DNA of 64,000 nucleotides from Mobula hypostoma. Taxonomy: Eukaryota. Location: assembly GCF_963921235.1 (NCBI RefSeq), contig NC_086107.1, positions 99,078,001-99,142,000 of the forward strand, given 5' to 3'. Within the stretch, counting starts at the first letter, position 1. Every line of letters starts with the position of its first letter. The position numbers and the translations under genes were made by a program. Shown piece by piece: positions 38,010 through 50,569 of the stretch. The notes under the pieces are model-generated. The model did not search any database and had not been told where the DNA came from. It saw nothing but the letters and a program-made list of their open reading frames with translations.

Positions 38010-38950
38010 TCAAGTGATGGTGAGGCGGAATTCAGGAAGGAGATAGAGAGCCTACTGATATGGTGTCATGACAACCAGCTTTTCCTCAGTGTCAGCAGCA
38101 CAAAAGAGTTAGTCATTGACTTCAGGAAGGGAGGGCAGGGGTGCTGTGCGCCTGCTCCTGTCTCCATCAACAGTGCTGATGTCGAGAGGGTTGAGAGCTC
38201 GATGTTCCTGGAGTGAACATCTCCAGTAGGCTGTTCTGGACCAATCTTGTAGATGCCACCATTAAGAAAGCGCACCGCTGCTTCTACCCCAGGGGTTCCC
38301 AACTTTTTATGCACCGTGGACCCCTACCGTTAACCAAGAGCTCCACAGACCCCGGGTTGGGAAGCCCTGTTGTACTTTCTCAGGAAGCTAAAGAAATCCG
38401 ACATGTCCTCTTTGACCCTCATCATTTTTTAATAGATGCGCCACAGAAAGCATCGCATCCAGATGTGTCACAGTTTGGTACGGCAACGGCTCTATCCTTG
38501 ACTACAAGAACCCACAGGGAATTGCGGATACAGCTCAACGCATCATGGAAACCACCCTCCCCACTCTGGACTTGGTCTAAACCTGAATGGCTCAGTAAAG
38601 CATCCAACATAATCAAAGACCCCACCCACCCCAGATATTCTTTCTTCTACTCCCACCACCTGGGAGAAGATACAGAAGTCTGAAAGCACATACTACCAGG
38701 GTCAAGGATAACTCCTTATCCCACTGTTATAAGACTATTGAACAGTCTCCTAGTACAATAAGATGGACCTCACTCTCTACCTCGTCATGATCTTGCACCT
38801 TAATGTCTACCTGCACTGCACTCTCTCTTTAACCGTAACACATTATTCTTAGGGGACAGGGGCATACCTGTTATTATTCCATCTTGTAGTACCTCATTGC
38901 ACTGTGCTGATCTGTGCAAATGGTGTGTGAGACAAGTTTTTTCACTATAT
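38010..38950 (+). mobile_element. Rex/Babar fragment with nested hAT MITE (38290-38369)
   Basis: WCHDNQLFLSVSSTKELVIDFRK motif; MITE with CAGGGGTTCCCAAC-type TIRs. Confidence 0.75.
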
Positions 38951-38957
38951 CTTGGTA

Positions 38958-39286
38958 AAGTAAAGTAAAGTAAAGGCATCCATTAGTCTTGCGAGACCAC
39001 GGATCTGCACCTGGAAAGTCTTCACTCTCCAAGGCGCAGGCCTGGGCAAGGTTGTATGGAAGACCAGCAGTTGCCCATGCTGCAGGTCTCCCCTCTCCAT
39101 GCCACCGATGTTGTCCAAGGGAAGGGCATTAGGACCCATACAGCTTGGCACCAGTGTCATCGCAGAGCAACGTGTGGTTAAGTGCCTTGCTCAAGGACAC
39201 ACACATGTTCCCTCGGCTGGGGCTCGCACTCATGACCTTCAGGTCGCTAGTCCAATGCCTTAACCACTTTGCCATGTGCCCACATG
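38958..39286 (-). mobile_element. tRNA-head SINE with CORE/Meta-like centre and (TTTAC)n tail, 10-bp TSD
   Basis: TSD TATCTTGGTA at 38948-38957 and 39287-39296; head TGGCAAAGTGGTTAAGGC; centre gtgtccttgagcaaggcacttaacc. Confidence 0.85.
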
Positions 39287-40064
39287 TATCTTGGTACATG
39301 TGACAATAATAAACCAATTTACCCATCTAGATCAGGCTGCATCTGTGGAAGATAAGCGGAGGTAATATTTCATGTTTACTCCCATCTTTTTCTCACATCC
39401 TTTACCTCCTTGTTCCACGTTCACGGTAAAAGTACATATACAACCGTATACATATGTCACCATATACAACCCTGAGGTTCATTTTCTTGTGGGCATACTC
39501 AATAAATCCATAAATAAATCCAGGTGGCCTCCTCCTGCTCCTATTTAACAACACACACACAAATGCTGGAGGAACTCAGCAGGCCAGGCAGCATCTTTGG
39601 AAAAAAAGTACAGTCGACGTTTCGAGCCAAAACCCTTCGGCAGGAATTTTTCCATAGATGTTGCCTGGCCCGCCGAGCTCCTCCAGCATTTTGAGTGTGT
39701 GCGTTGCTTGGATTTCCAGCATCTGCAGATCTTCTCTTGTCCCCTGCTCCCGTTTCTTATGTTCTATGCCAACACTTCTACTTCTCTGAGGACTGTCAGC
39801 TCCTGAGGTCTCGAGAGCAAGCTGTCCAGAGTTTAGCTCCTGGTTGGATCACCCACGGTGGTGATCCAAGGTCAAGAGGGGATTCCAGACAAAGAGCGAT
39901 CCAACCAAGTGGTGGAGCTGGCAGTGAAGGGTCCCCAGTCATCTTGCATTCCATGCCATGCAACCCTGACCCCAAGCTGCCAGGGACTGCATGGTGGCTG
40001 TCTACCAGCTTCCCCATGTTAAACAAAGTAATGCACAAGCCACTTTCCAACCAACCTCTTAGAC

Positions 40065-40144
40065 CAGGGGTTCCCAACCTTTTTTATATCATGAACCCTA
40101 ACCATTAACCGAGGGGTGTGTGGACCCCAGTTTGGGAACCCCTG
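40065..40144. mobile_element. 80-bp hAT MITE
   Basis: TIR CAGGGGTTCCCAA / TTGGGAACCCCTG; 8-bp TSD TCTTAGAC / CCTTAGAC. Confidence 0.9.
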
Positions 40145-40778
40145 CCTTAGACCAACATTATATTCAACACAAGTCCACATCCTACCACTGATAATGAATG
40201 CCCATCATGATTTTATACAGTACATCTCTATAAAGATAATCTCTCAGTCTCCTTTATGCCCTTCATCAAATTCCAACACACGTTTCACATCTGTGCGAAT
40301 TAATCTAATCCATATGAATATAGAGTAAGGAGTTCGTTAATGTGATTCAATATACTGTATCTGGTATTATTATATTTTTTCTTTTGTTTTCTAATATGTA
40401 TTCTCTTGAACTCTGCATCCTTCAATATAGAAATCAATAAAAAATATTGGAAAAAGAAAAAAGACATCTGTGCCGTTAAAACTACACTGCATTCACCTTG
40501 GGCTAAAATGCTGTCCAGATTACACTGGAGGAAGCTTTTAAACTGCGTGCTGTCTGGAGGAGTCAGAAATAATCTACAACCACTTTAGATTTCCACAGTT
40601 AACAGTGTGTGTCCATACTACGTAAGTGGGGCCATCTTTATGGTTAGCTGATGGAAATCAGCTCTGTGTGTCTCTCTCTCCACGGACGCTGCCTGACTTG
40701 CTAAGTGTTTTCAGCGTTTTCGGTCTATACTTCAGATTTCCAGCATCTGCTGTATTTTGCATTTTGCTTGGTGTTAAA

Positions 40779-41585
40779 AGACCATAAGATACAGGAGCAG
40801 AAGTAGGCCATTCAGCCCATCAAGTCTGCTCCGCCATTCAATCATGGCTGATCCAATTCTTCCAGTCATCCCAACTCCCCTGCCTTCACCCCATACCCTT
40901 TAATGCCCTGGCTAATCAAGAACCTATCTATCTCTGCCTTAAATGCAACCAGTGACTTTTCCTCCACAGCCGCTCATGGCAACAAATTCCACAGATTTAT
41001 CACCGTCTGACTAAAGAAATTTCTCTGCATCTAAATGGACGTCCTTCAATCCTGAAGTTGTGCCCGCTTGTCCTAGACTCCCCTACCATGGGAAATAACT
41101 TTGTCATATCTAATCTGTTTAAGCCTTTTAACATTTGGAATGTTTGAGATCCCCCCTCATTCTCCTGAACTCCAGTGAATATAGCCCAAAAGCTGCCAGA
41201 CATTCCTGATACGGTAACCCTTCCATTCCTGGAATCATTCTCGTGAATCTCCTCTGAACCCTCTCCAATGTCAGTATATCCTTTCTAAAATAAGGAGCCC
41301 AAAACTGCACACAGTACTCCAAGTGTGGTCTCACCAGTGCCTTATAGAGCCTCAACATCACATCCCTGCTCTTATAATCCATACCTCTAGAAATGAATGC
41401 CAACTTTGCATTTGCCTTCTTCACCACCAACTCAACATGGAAGTTAACCTTTAGGGTATCTTTCACAAGGACTCCCAAGTCCCTTTACATCTCTGCGTTT
41501 TGAATTCTCTGTCCATCTAAATAACAGTCTACCCGCTTATTTCTTCCACCAAAGTGCATGACCATATACTTTCCAACATTGTATT
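40779..41585 (-). mobile_element. CR1 3' fragment (same subfamily as 55310-55995)
   Basis: LYKALVRPHLEYCVQFWAPY motif and CR1 tail. Confidence 0.9.
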
Positions 41586-42379
41586 TGTGATCATTCTGAC
41601 CAGCATTTTTAACTTGCCAGCTATTGATCCGCGCCCGAGTGGACAGAGACAAACCACTGTTGAGCACCCATGTGCTAATCTCAGAAATAGTTAAGTTTTT
41701 CATCGCCTTGAGTAAATGGGTCAGTAAATGGCAGATGCCGTACAGCGTGGCTGGCTATTCACTAATTAATATGGGAATGATGAGTCGAAAGGGGGGAGGA
41801 GAGGCGGGGGGAGGGTGTTAGAACAGAACCCCACCAGAGCGCTGATCAAGAAGGTGACCGCCGGGCTTTGCTGCAACCGGCCACCGCGTCACCGTCGGTC
41901 ACAGCAGACAGCGACAGCAGCGGGACCGTAGCACCATTCTGGCAGCGGGAACTTGGGTCTGAGGGAAGTTGCATTATTTCCCTCTAAAAGGGGGAGACTT
42001 CGCGTTTGACGAAGAACATCAAAGAGCCGCGACAAGCTGAAGGAAATTGTATTTTCGGTTAATTGCTCCAAATTCCGCTAACATCGAGAAATCACAACGC
42101 CTTGGGTAGAAAAAAACAATGCAAATGAACAGACAAATCATTCTAAAATATTTCCTGCCATTATACATTAATTCACAGCCTTCCTAAATACTGGTTTAAC
42201 ATCCAGAAACGCATCATTTCTTTTTATCAATATAGTATCCAAAATCCAACCATTCTAGAGTCAGAGCACTAAAAATAATCTAATATGAATTTTAACAATC
42301 CAAATTAAATCTTTAAATTCGAAATCTGCCGGATTTTAACCTACAAACACATAATGTAATCGTTGACATTATACAATAA

Positions 42380-43156
42380 CGATGCATTAGGCGATTATCT
42401 CCCGGAAAACGTTAGCTAACTCCTGCCTTTCCCCCTGACATCCTTCCCACATCCCGGGTCGCTGAGACATCCTCTCCTTCTCTCCAAGACCAAGTGAATG
42501 CGGCAGGAGGGGTTCACGGTCAGAGTACCATCTGGGCGCACCCCGGCGCAGGCTCGCTTTCACCGGCAGCGATACCTGGGCAGGGCCGGGGGACGCGTTA
42601 TCCGCCGCTGCTCGCACCGTTTGCCCGTGTCACCTTGCGCCTTGGCGCCCTTGCTGAAGCTGGCGGACCGCGCTGGAACACCGGCCAGAGCGGAGCTTTC
42701 TGACAACGCACAATTTTGCTTTCGGAGGAGGGTGGTTGGGGACGGGAACGGGATTTCGAGGAATTTCTGCAAATATTTCAAAGTTACCTGTTCGCGATAG
42801 CAAGGGCCAGATTCTGGGCAAAGCGGAGCAGCCGCCGGAGAGGAGATCAGGTGTCCGGGGGGGATGAGAGGGATTCGGGGAACTAGAGCTTTACAGTTCG
42901 GGCGACTGCATCAGACGAGCGTCTCCAGGTGGAAGAGGTCACTGCGGCGGGACGGTGCTCAGCGAGCCCGCAGCATGTCGCTCCGGACCTGCTCCTGAAG
43001 GGAGCGAGGCTGGCAGAGTGCCGCGCTCGCTCCCACAAATGCGGTCCCTCTCTCCCTCCCACCTTCCCATGAAACCCAGTTTAAATAGACGCGCCCTCTC
43101 CCTCTGCACTAACCCTCAAGCTCTCACTCAACGCAAGCGGCTGGGAACTGGGCGGA

Positions 43157-43157
<1 letters not shown>
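42380..43157 (-). promoter_or_regulatory. RASD2: CpG island and putative RASD2 promoter with TATA-like TATTTAAA (43087-43080)
   Basis: Non-repetitive GC- and CpG-rich sequence upstream of the coding exon on the same strand as the TATA-like motif; GC-box-like GGGCGG at about 43150; a second CpG-rich patch at about 41820-42030. Confidence 0.6.
42788..43055 (-). other. RASD2: Putative non-coding exon 1 of RASD2
   Basis: Starts about 25-30 nt downstream of the TATA-like box and ends at donor CAG|GTAACT (42788/42787). The coding exon has an acceptor 5 nt before its ATG, so an upstream non-coding exon is required, as in mammalian RASD2. Confidence 0.5.
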
Positions 43158-43195
<38 letters not shown>

Positions 43196-43239
43196 ATACA
43201 CACACACATACACACACACGGACACACACACACAGACAT

Positions 43240-43280
<41 letters not shown>

Positions 43281-43362
43281 CACACACACACACATACACA
43301 CACAGACATACACACACACACACATACACACACACACAGACATACACACACACACACACACA
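43158..43362. repeat. Interrupted (CA)n microsatellite
   Basis: Seen directly. Confidence 0.97.
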
Positions 43363-43432
43363 GACCCTCCCCTCCCCTGTCACAACAAAAACGTTCGGCG
43401 AACAATCGCTGCCTTTATGTAGCGCCCGAACT

Positions 43433-44226
<794 letters not shown>

Positions 44227-44647
44227 TTGAGGGGAGGGAGAGATCCCCAGGAGTAGAAGCTGAGCACACCTGACGGGCTGCAGGGCAAGAGGAAGAGAGC
44301 TGACAGAATCTGATCAAAGTGGTGAAGATATTTACAGCTCCTGCTGGTGGGAGAGCAGGGGAAAGGGCGGGATAGACCTGTGGCCACGACTGGAGACGGG
44401 GGCAGACAGAAACTGTTGTTCAGGAGGTTTTTCACATCAGTGAGGAGTAATGACAAAGCGGACACAGTCCTTCCTCCCAGCGAGGGAAGTCTGTTTCGCC
44501 GTATGACTCCGAAACTCTGTTCTGCCAGTAATGTGAGGGCTGGAAGATGAAGGTTTCGGCCAAGGCAGTGACCTCTGCTCTGTGTGTCCGCTCAGCTCCG
44601 TCTCCTTCGTCCAGACCAAAGGCCAGCGCCCACAGTCGCTGCGCCAT

Positions 44648-44984
44648 CTCTCTCATTCTCTCACATTCTCACATTCTCACTCTCTCTCACTCATTCTCAC
44701 TCTCGCTGTCTCCTTATCGCTCTCACTTTCTCACCCTCTTACTCTCTCACTTTCTCACCCTCTTACTCTCTCACACACACACTCTAACATTCTCTCAGAC
44801 ACTCTCTCACACACTCTCTCTCTCACTTTCTCACACTCTTACACTCTCACACTTACACGCTCGCACACACAGTCGCATACTCCCACACACTCTCACACAA
44901 ACACACACTCACATGCTCTTAGACACTCTCCCTCACTAACTTACACTCTCACCCACATACGCTCACTAACACACTCTCATACTC

Positions 44985-45017
<33 letters not shown>

Positions 45018-45060
45018 GCTCACATTCTCTCACACTCTCAAATTTTCATTCTCACTCACG
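44648..45060. repeat. (CT/CA) low-complexity tract
   Basis: Seen directly. Confidence 0.9.
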
Positions 45061-45486
45061 GGCTCTCCTCCCTTATCAAACCCAGCAATCGGGACTGGGC
45101 TGTTATAGTTAGATGTACTGAGATGCGATCAAAAGCACTGAGTGACATCCACAGATACTGCCTCTGTCAGATAATGCCACGCAGAACCATATGGAAATAG
45201 AACAATGAAAGAAAGCCAGAACTACCCGCTGCCGGGTAAAATGGGTAGTGGTGGGGTCATTAAACATCGCCCCAGGTTAAAAATCATTCATGCTAAAGGC
45301 TTGGGGGGGGGGGGGGAAATCATTTCCTAATATTTCTCATGACCCAAAACAAGTGGGAATGTGAACACTAGAGACCGTGCTGATGTGGGAAACCTGGAGC
45401 AACACACACAAGATGCTGGAGGAACTCAGCACGTCAGGCAACATCCATGGAAAGGAATTTCAGGTCGAGACCCTTCCTCAAGGACC

Positions 45487-47675
45487 TGTAATAAGATAGA
45501 CTGGCAAATGACACTTAAAGGGTTGACGGTGGATATGCAATGGCAAGCATTTAAAGGTTGCATGGATGAACTACAACAATTGTTCATCCCAGTTTGGCAA
45601 AAGAATAAATCAAGGAAGGTAGTGCACCCGTGGCTGACAAGAGAAATTAGGGACAGTATCAATTCCAAAGAAGAAGCATACAAATTAGCCAGAGAAAGTG
45701 GCTCACCTGAGGACTGGGAGAAATTCAGAGTTCAGCAGAGGAGGACAAAGGGCTTAATTAGGAAGGGGGAAAAAGATTATGAGAGAAAACTGGCAGGGAA
45801 CATAAAAACGGACTGTAAAAGCTTTTATAGATATGTAAAAAGGAAAGGACTGGTAAAGACAAATGTAGGTCCCCTGCAGACAGAAACAGGTGAATTGATT
45901 ATGGGGAGCAAGGACATGGCAGACCAATTGAATAATTACTTTGGTTCTGTCTTCACTAAGGAGGACATAAATAATCTTCCAGAAATAGTAAGGGACAGAG
46001 GGTCCAGTGAGATGGAGGAACTGAGCGAAATAGATGTTAGTAGGGAAGTGGTGTTAGGTAAATTGAAGGGATTGAAGGCAGATAAATCCCCAGGGCCAGA
46101 TGGTCTGCATCCTAGAGTGCTTAAGGAAGTAGCCCAAGAAATAGTGGATGCATTAGTGATAATTTTTCAAAACTCGTTAGATTCTGGACTAGTTCCTGAG
46201 GATTGGAGGGTGGCTAATGTAACCCCACTTTTTAAAAAAGGAGGGAGAGAGAAACCGGGGAATTATAGACCGGTTAGCCTAACGTCGGTGGTGGGGAAAC
46301 TGCTGGAGTCAGTTATCAAGGATGTGATAACAGCACATTTGGAAAGCGGTGAAATGATCGGACAAAGTCAGCATGGATTTGTGAAAGGAAAATCATGTCT
46401 GACGAATCTCATAGAATTTTTTGAGGATGTAACTAGTAGAGTGGATAGGGGAGAACCAGTGGATGTGGTATATTTGGATTTTCAAAAGGCTTTTGACAAG
46501 GTCCCACACAGGAGATTATTGTGCAAACTTAAAGCACACGGTATTGGGGGTAAGGTATTGGTGTGGGTGGAGAATTGGTTAGCAGGCAGGAAGCAAAGAG
46601 TGGGAATAAACGGGACCTTTTCAGAATGGCAGGCGGTGACTAGTGGGGTACCGCAAGGCTCAGTGCTGGGACCCCAGTTGTTTACAATATATATTAATGA
46701 CTTGGATGAGGGAATTAAATGCAGCATCTCCAAGTTTGCGGATGACACGAAGCTGGGTGGCAGTGTTAGCAGTGAGGAGGACGCTAAGAAGATGCAGGGT
46801 GACTTGGACAGGTTGGGTGAGTGGGCAAATTCATGGCAGATGCAATTTAATGTGGATAAATGTGAAGTTATCCATTTTGGTGGCAAAAATAGGAAAACAG
46901 ATTATTATCTGAATGGTAGCCGATTAGGAAAAGGGGAGGTGCAACGAGACCTGGGTGTCATTATACACCAGTCATTGAAAGTGGGCATGCAGGTACAGCA
47001 GGCGGTGAAAAAGGCGAATGGTATGCTGGCATTTATAGCAAGAGGATTCGAGTACAGGAGCAGGGAGGTACTACTGCAGTTGTACAAGGCCTTGGTGAGA
47101 CCACACCTGGAGTATTGTGTGCAGTTTTGGTCACCTAATCTGAGGAAAGACATCTTTGCCATAGAGGGAGTACAAAGAAGGTTCACCAGATTGATTCCTG
47201 GGATGGCAGGACTTTCATATGAAGAAAGACTGGATGAACTGGGCTTGTACTCGTTGGAATTTAGAAGATTGAGGGGGGATCTGATTGAAACGTATAAGAT
47301 CCTAAAGGGATTGGACAGGCTAGATGCAGGAAGATTGTTCCCGATGTTGGGGAAGTCCAGAACGAGGGGCCACAGTTTGAGGATAGAGGGGAAGCCTTTT
47401 AGGGCCAAGATTAGGAAAAACTTCTTCACACAGAGAGTGGTGAATCTGTGGAATTCTCTGCCACAGGAAACTGTTGAGGCCAGTTCATTGGCTATATTTA
47501 AGAGGGAGTTAGATATGGCCCTTGTGGCTACGGGGGTCCGGGGGTATGGAGGGAAGGCTGGGGCGGGGTTCTGAGTTGGATGATCAGCCATGATCATAAT
47601 AAATGGCGGTGCAGGCTCGAAGGGCCGAAGGGCCTACTCCTGCACCTATTTTCTATGTTTCTATGTTTCTATGTA
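45487..47675 (+). mobile_element. Young 5'-truncated CR1 LINE with uninterrupted RT ORF and (TTCTATGT)n tail
   Basis: Stop-free ORF to 47574 with all RT motifs (KSPGPDG, NYRPVSL, LDFQKAFD, GVPQGSVLGP, FADD); no endonuclease domain; 3' hairpin and octamer tail intact. Confidence 0.96.
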
Positions 47676-47744
47676 ATGGGAACATGAGGTTGTCAAGATG
47701 CTTCAAGTGGATACAGCCAAGCAGAGTTAGTCAACAACTTCAAG

Positions 47745-48336
47745 AGCTGTGAAGTAATGTTACGGCTATACAAGACCTTAGTTAGATCCCACTTGGAGTA
47801 TTGTGTTCATTTCTGGTCACCTCACTACAGGACGGATGTGGATACTATAGAGAGAGTGCAGAGGTGATTTACAAGGATGTTGGCTGGATTTGGGAGCATG
47901 CCTTATGAGAATAGGTTGAGTGAACCCGGCCTTTTCTCCTTGGAGCGACGGAGGATGAGAGGTGACCTGATAGAGGTGTATAAGATGATGAGAGGCATTG
48001 ATCCTATGGATAGTCAGAAGCTTTTTCCCAGGACTGAATTGACTAACATGAGGGGGCATAGTTTTAAGGTGCTTGGGATTGGGTACAAGGGGGATGTCAG
48101 AGGTAAGCTTTTCACACAGAGGTTGGTGGGTGCATGGAATGTACTGCGGGTGATGGTGGTAGAAGCAGATATTATAAGGTCTTTTAAGAGACTCTTGGAT
48201 AAGTAACTGGAGCTTAGAAAAATAGGGAGCTGTGCGGTAGGGAAATTCTAGGCAGCTTCCAGAGAAGGTTACATGGTCAGCACAACATTGTGGGCCGAAG
48301 GGCCTGTAATGTGCTGTAGATTTCTATGTTCTATGT
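47745..48336 (+). mobile_element. CR1 3' fragment
   Basis: LYKTLVRSHLEYCVHFWSPHY...RRRMRGDLIEVYKMMRG and tail. Confidence 0.9.
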
Positions 48337-48486
48337 TAATGAAGATGGAAAATATATGAGGTTATCCACTTGGTTGGAAACAGAAGTGTGGAGAGTGTTT
48401 TTAAAGAAATTGGAACTATCAAGTGATGCGATGACCATTTACTGGAAACCAGCGTGCAGGTGCAGAGGGGAGTTGGGAAGTCTCGT

Positions 48487-49040
48487 GAACATGAGAAAGT
48501 CTGTAGACGCTGGAAATCCAAATAACACACACAAAATGCTGGAGGAACTCAGCAGGCCAGGCAGCATCTATGGAAGTGAATGAGCTGTCAACAGTTTGGG
48601 CCGAAACACTTCCTCAGGACTGGAAAGGAAGGTGGAACAAAGAGGTGGGGAGAGGGAAAGGCGGATAGCTAGGAGGTGAGAGGAAGGGATCTGGTAGACG
48701 AGGAGAGTGGACCATAGGGGAAAGGGAAGGAGGAGGGGCACCAGGAGGGGTGATAGGCAGGTGAGAAGAGGTATGAGGCCAGACTGGAGGATAGAAGAAG
48801 AGGGGAGGGGAGCTAATTTTCCTTTTACCAGAAGGAGAAACTGACGTTCATGCCATCTGGTTGGAGGCTACGAAGACAGAATATGAGGTGTTGCTCCTCC
48901 AACCTGACTGTGGCCTCATCGTGACACAAGAGGAGGTCAAGGACCGACATGTCGGAACGGGAATGGGAATGGGAATTAAAATGTTAGGCCTCTGTTCCAC
49001 TTTTGACAGATGGAGCAGAGGTGCTCAACAAAGTGGTCCC
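48487..49040 (-). mobile_element. Penelope-like element 3' fragment
   Basis: Minus translation EATVRLEEQHLIFCLRSLQPDGMNVSFS; same terminal repeat as 36305-36430. Confidence 0.8.
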
Positions 49041-50024
49041 CAAATTTCTGATGGCTCTATGGCCAGTTTCATGAAATAGTACAGACTGAGGAGGAAAGGC
49101 TTCTCGCTACAGTCACATAGGGCCATGGTTTCATGTCATCGGCAGATCACAAAACGGTTCTGCATCGCCAAACCCTGCCTGTTGCCACCCGCGGGAAGCG
49201 ACGGTGATACAAGGACTGTACAGCTTGTCCACCTGCCACTGGACTGAGTGTTTTTTTAACTTCTCAGTCCATTCTGTGATGACCACTCTGACCCAATAGG
49301 CTTCAATAAGGCTAAAGGTTCAAAGTAAAATTTATTATCAGAGTACATACATGTCATCATATACAACCCTGAGATTCTTCTACTGTGGGCACACTTAGTA
49401 AACCCATCGAACAGTAACTGTAAACAGGATCAATAGACAATAAACTGTGCCAATGCAGATATAAATAAACGGCAATAAATTGCAGTAGTAACTGTTCTTC
49501 AACCTGGTAGTGTGGACCCTGAGGTACTTGTACATTCTACCTTACGGCAGCAGCGAGAAAAGAGCACGGCCTGGGCGGTGAGGATCTCTGATGATGGATG
49601 CTGCTTTTCCATGGCAACGTTTCATGTAGATGTGCTCATTGGCTGGGAGGGTTTTACCCATGATGCACTGGGCTGAATCCACTACCTTCTGTAGGATTTT
49701 CTGCTCAAAACCATTGGTGTTCCCATACCAATGTAGCCAGTCTGTACAGACTGGTTATTAACAGACTTGTTATGTTGGTACTGTACTAAAGGCCTTTGGA
49801 AAATCTCCTTTCCTGACACCACCTGTGCTTCCTTCATCTATTTGCTTGGTCACCCCTTCATAAACTCAAATTAGTGAGTTGGAACCCATGTCCATTCATC
49901 TCTTCATGCCTGTTCATATTCTACTAGATTAAGGGCTTTAAGGGGTTCTCCATCACTGGCATTAAAATCATTTCTAACATTTGTCAGTACAGTATTCTCT
50001 CTTACCGATATAATCCATACTCAG

Positions 50025-50540
50025 ACAGCACTTTATGAAACACCTGCTCTTTAATGCAAATATCTAATCAGCCAATCATGTGGCAACAAACTAATGCATA
50101 AAAGCATGCAGACATGGTCAAGAGGTTCAGCTGTTATTCAGAATGGGGAAGAAATGTGATCCACGTGACTTTGACCGTAGAATGATTGTTGGTGCCAGGC
50201 AGGGTGGTTTGAGTATCACAGAAACTGCTGATCTCCTGGAGTTTTAACATACAAGAGTTGCTAGAGTTTACAGAGAATGTGAGAAACTAAAAAAAAGCAA
50301 AATCCAGTGAGAGATAGTTCTGTGGGAAAAATAACCTTGTTAATGAGAGAGATCAGAGAAGAGTGGTCAGACTGATTCAGATTGACAGGAAGGTGCCAGT
50401 AACTCAAATAACCACATATTACAACAGTGGTGTGCAGAAGAGCACCTCTGAACGTGCAACATGTTCAGCCTTGATGTGGATGTGCAACAGCAGCAGAAGA
50501 CCATGAACAGCAGGTACATAATAAGGTAGACATTGAGTAC
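50025..50540 (+). mobile_element. Tc1/mariner non-autonomous remnant
   Basis: Tc1-like text (aatatctaatcagccaatcatgtggc; DFDRRMIVGARQGGLSITETADLLEF transposase N-terminus) and a degenerate TIR at the right end. Confidence 0.75.
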
Positions 50541-50569
50541 ATATGAAAGGCACCAACCCCACGCTGTAC

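Noticed and set aside
41886..41901. DR4-like GCGTCA-CCGT-CGGTCA as a thyroid hormone response element (Rhes is T3-regulated in rodents)
   Set aside because: Three mismatches to the consensus in GC-rich DNA; expected by chance.
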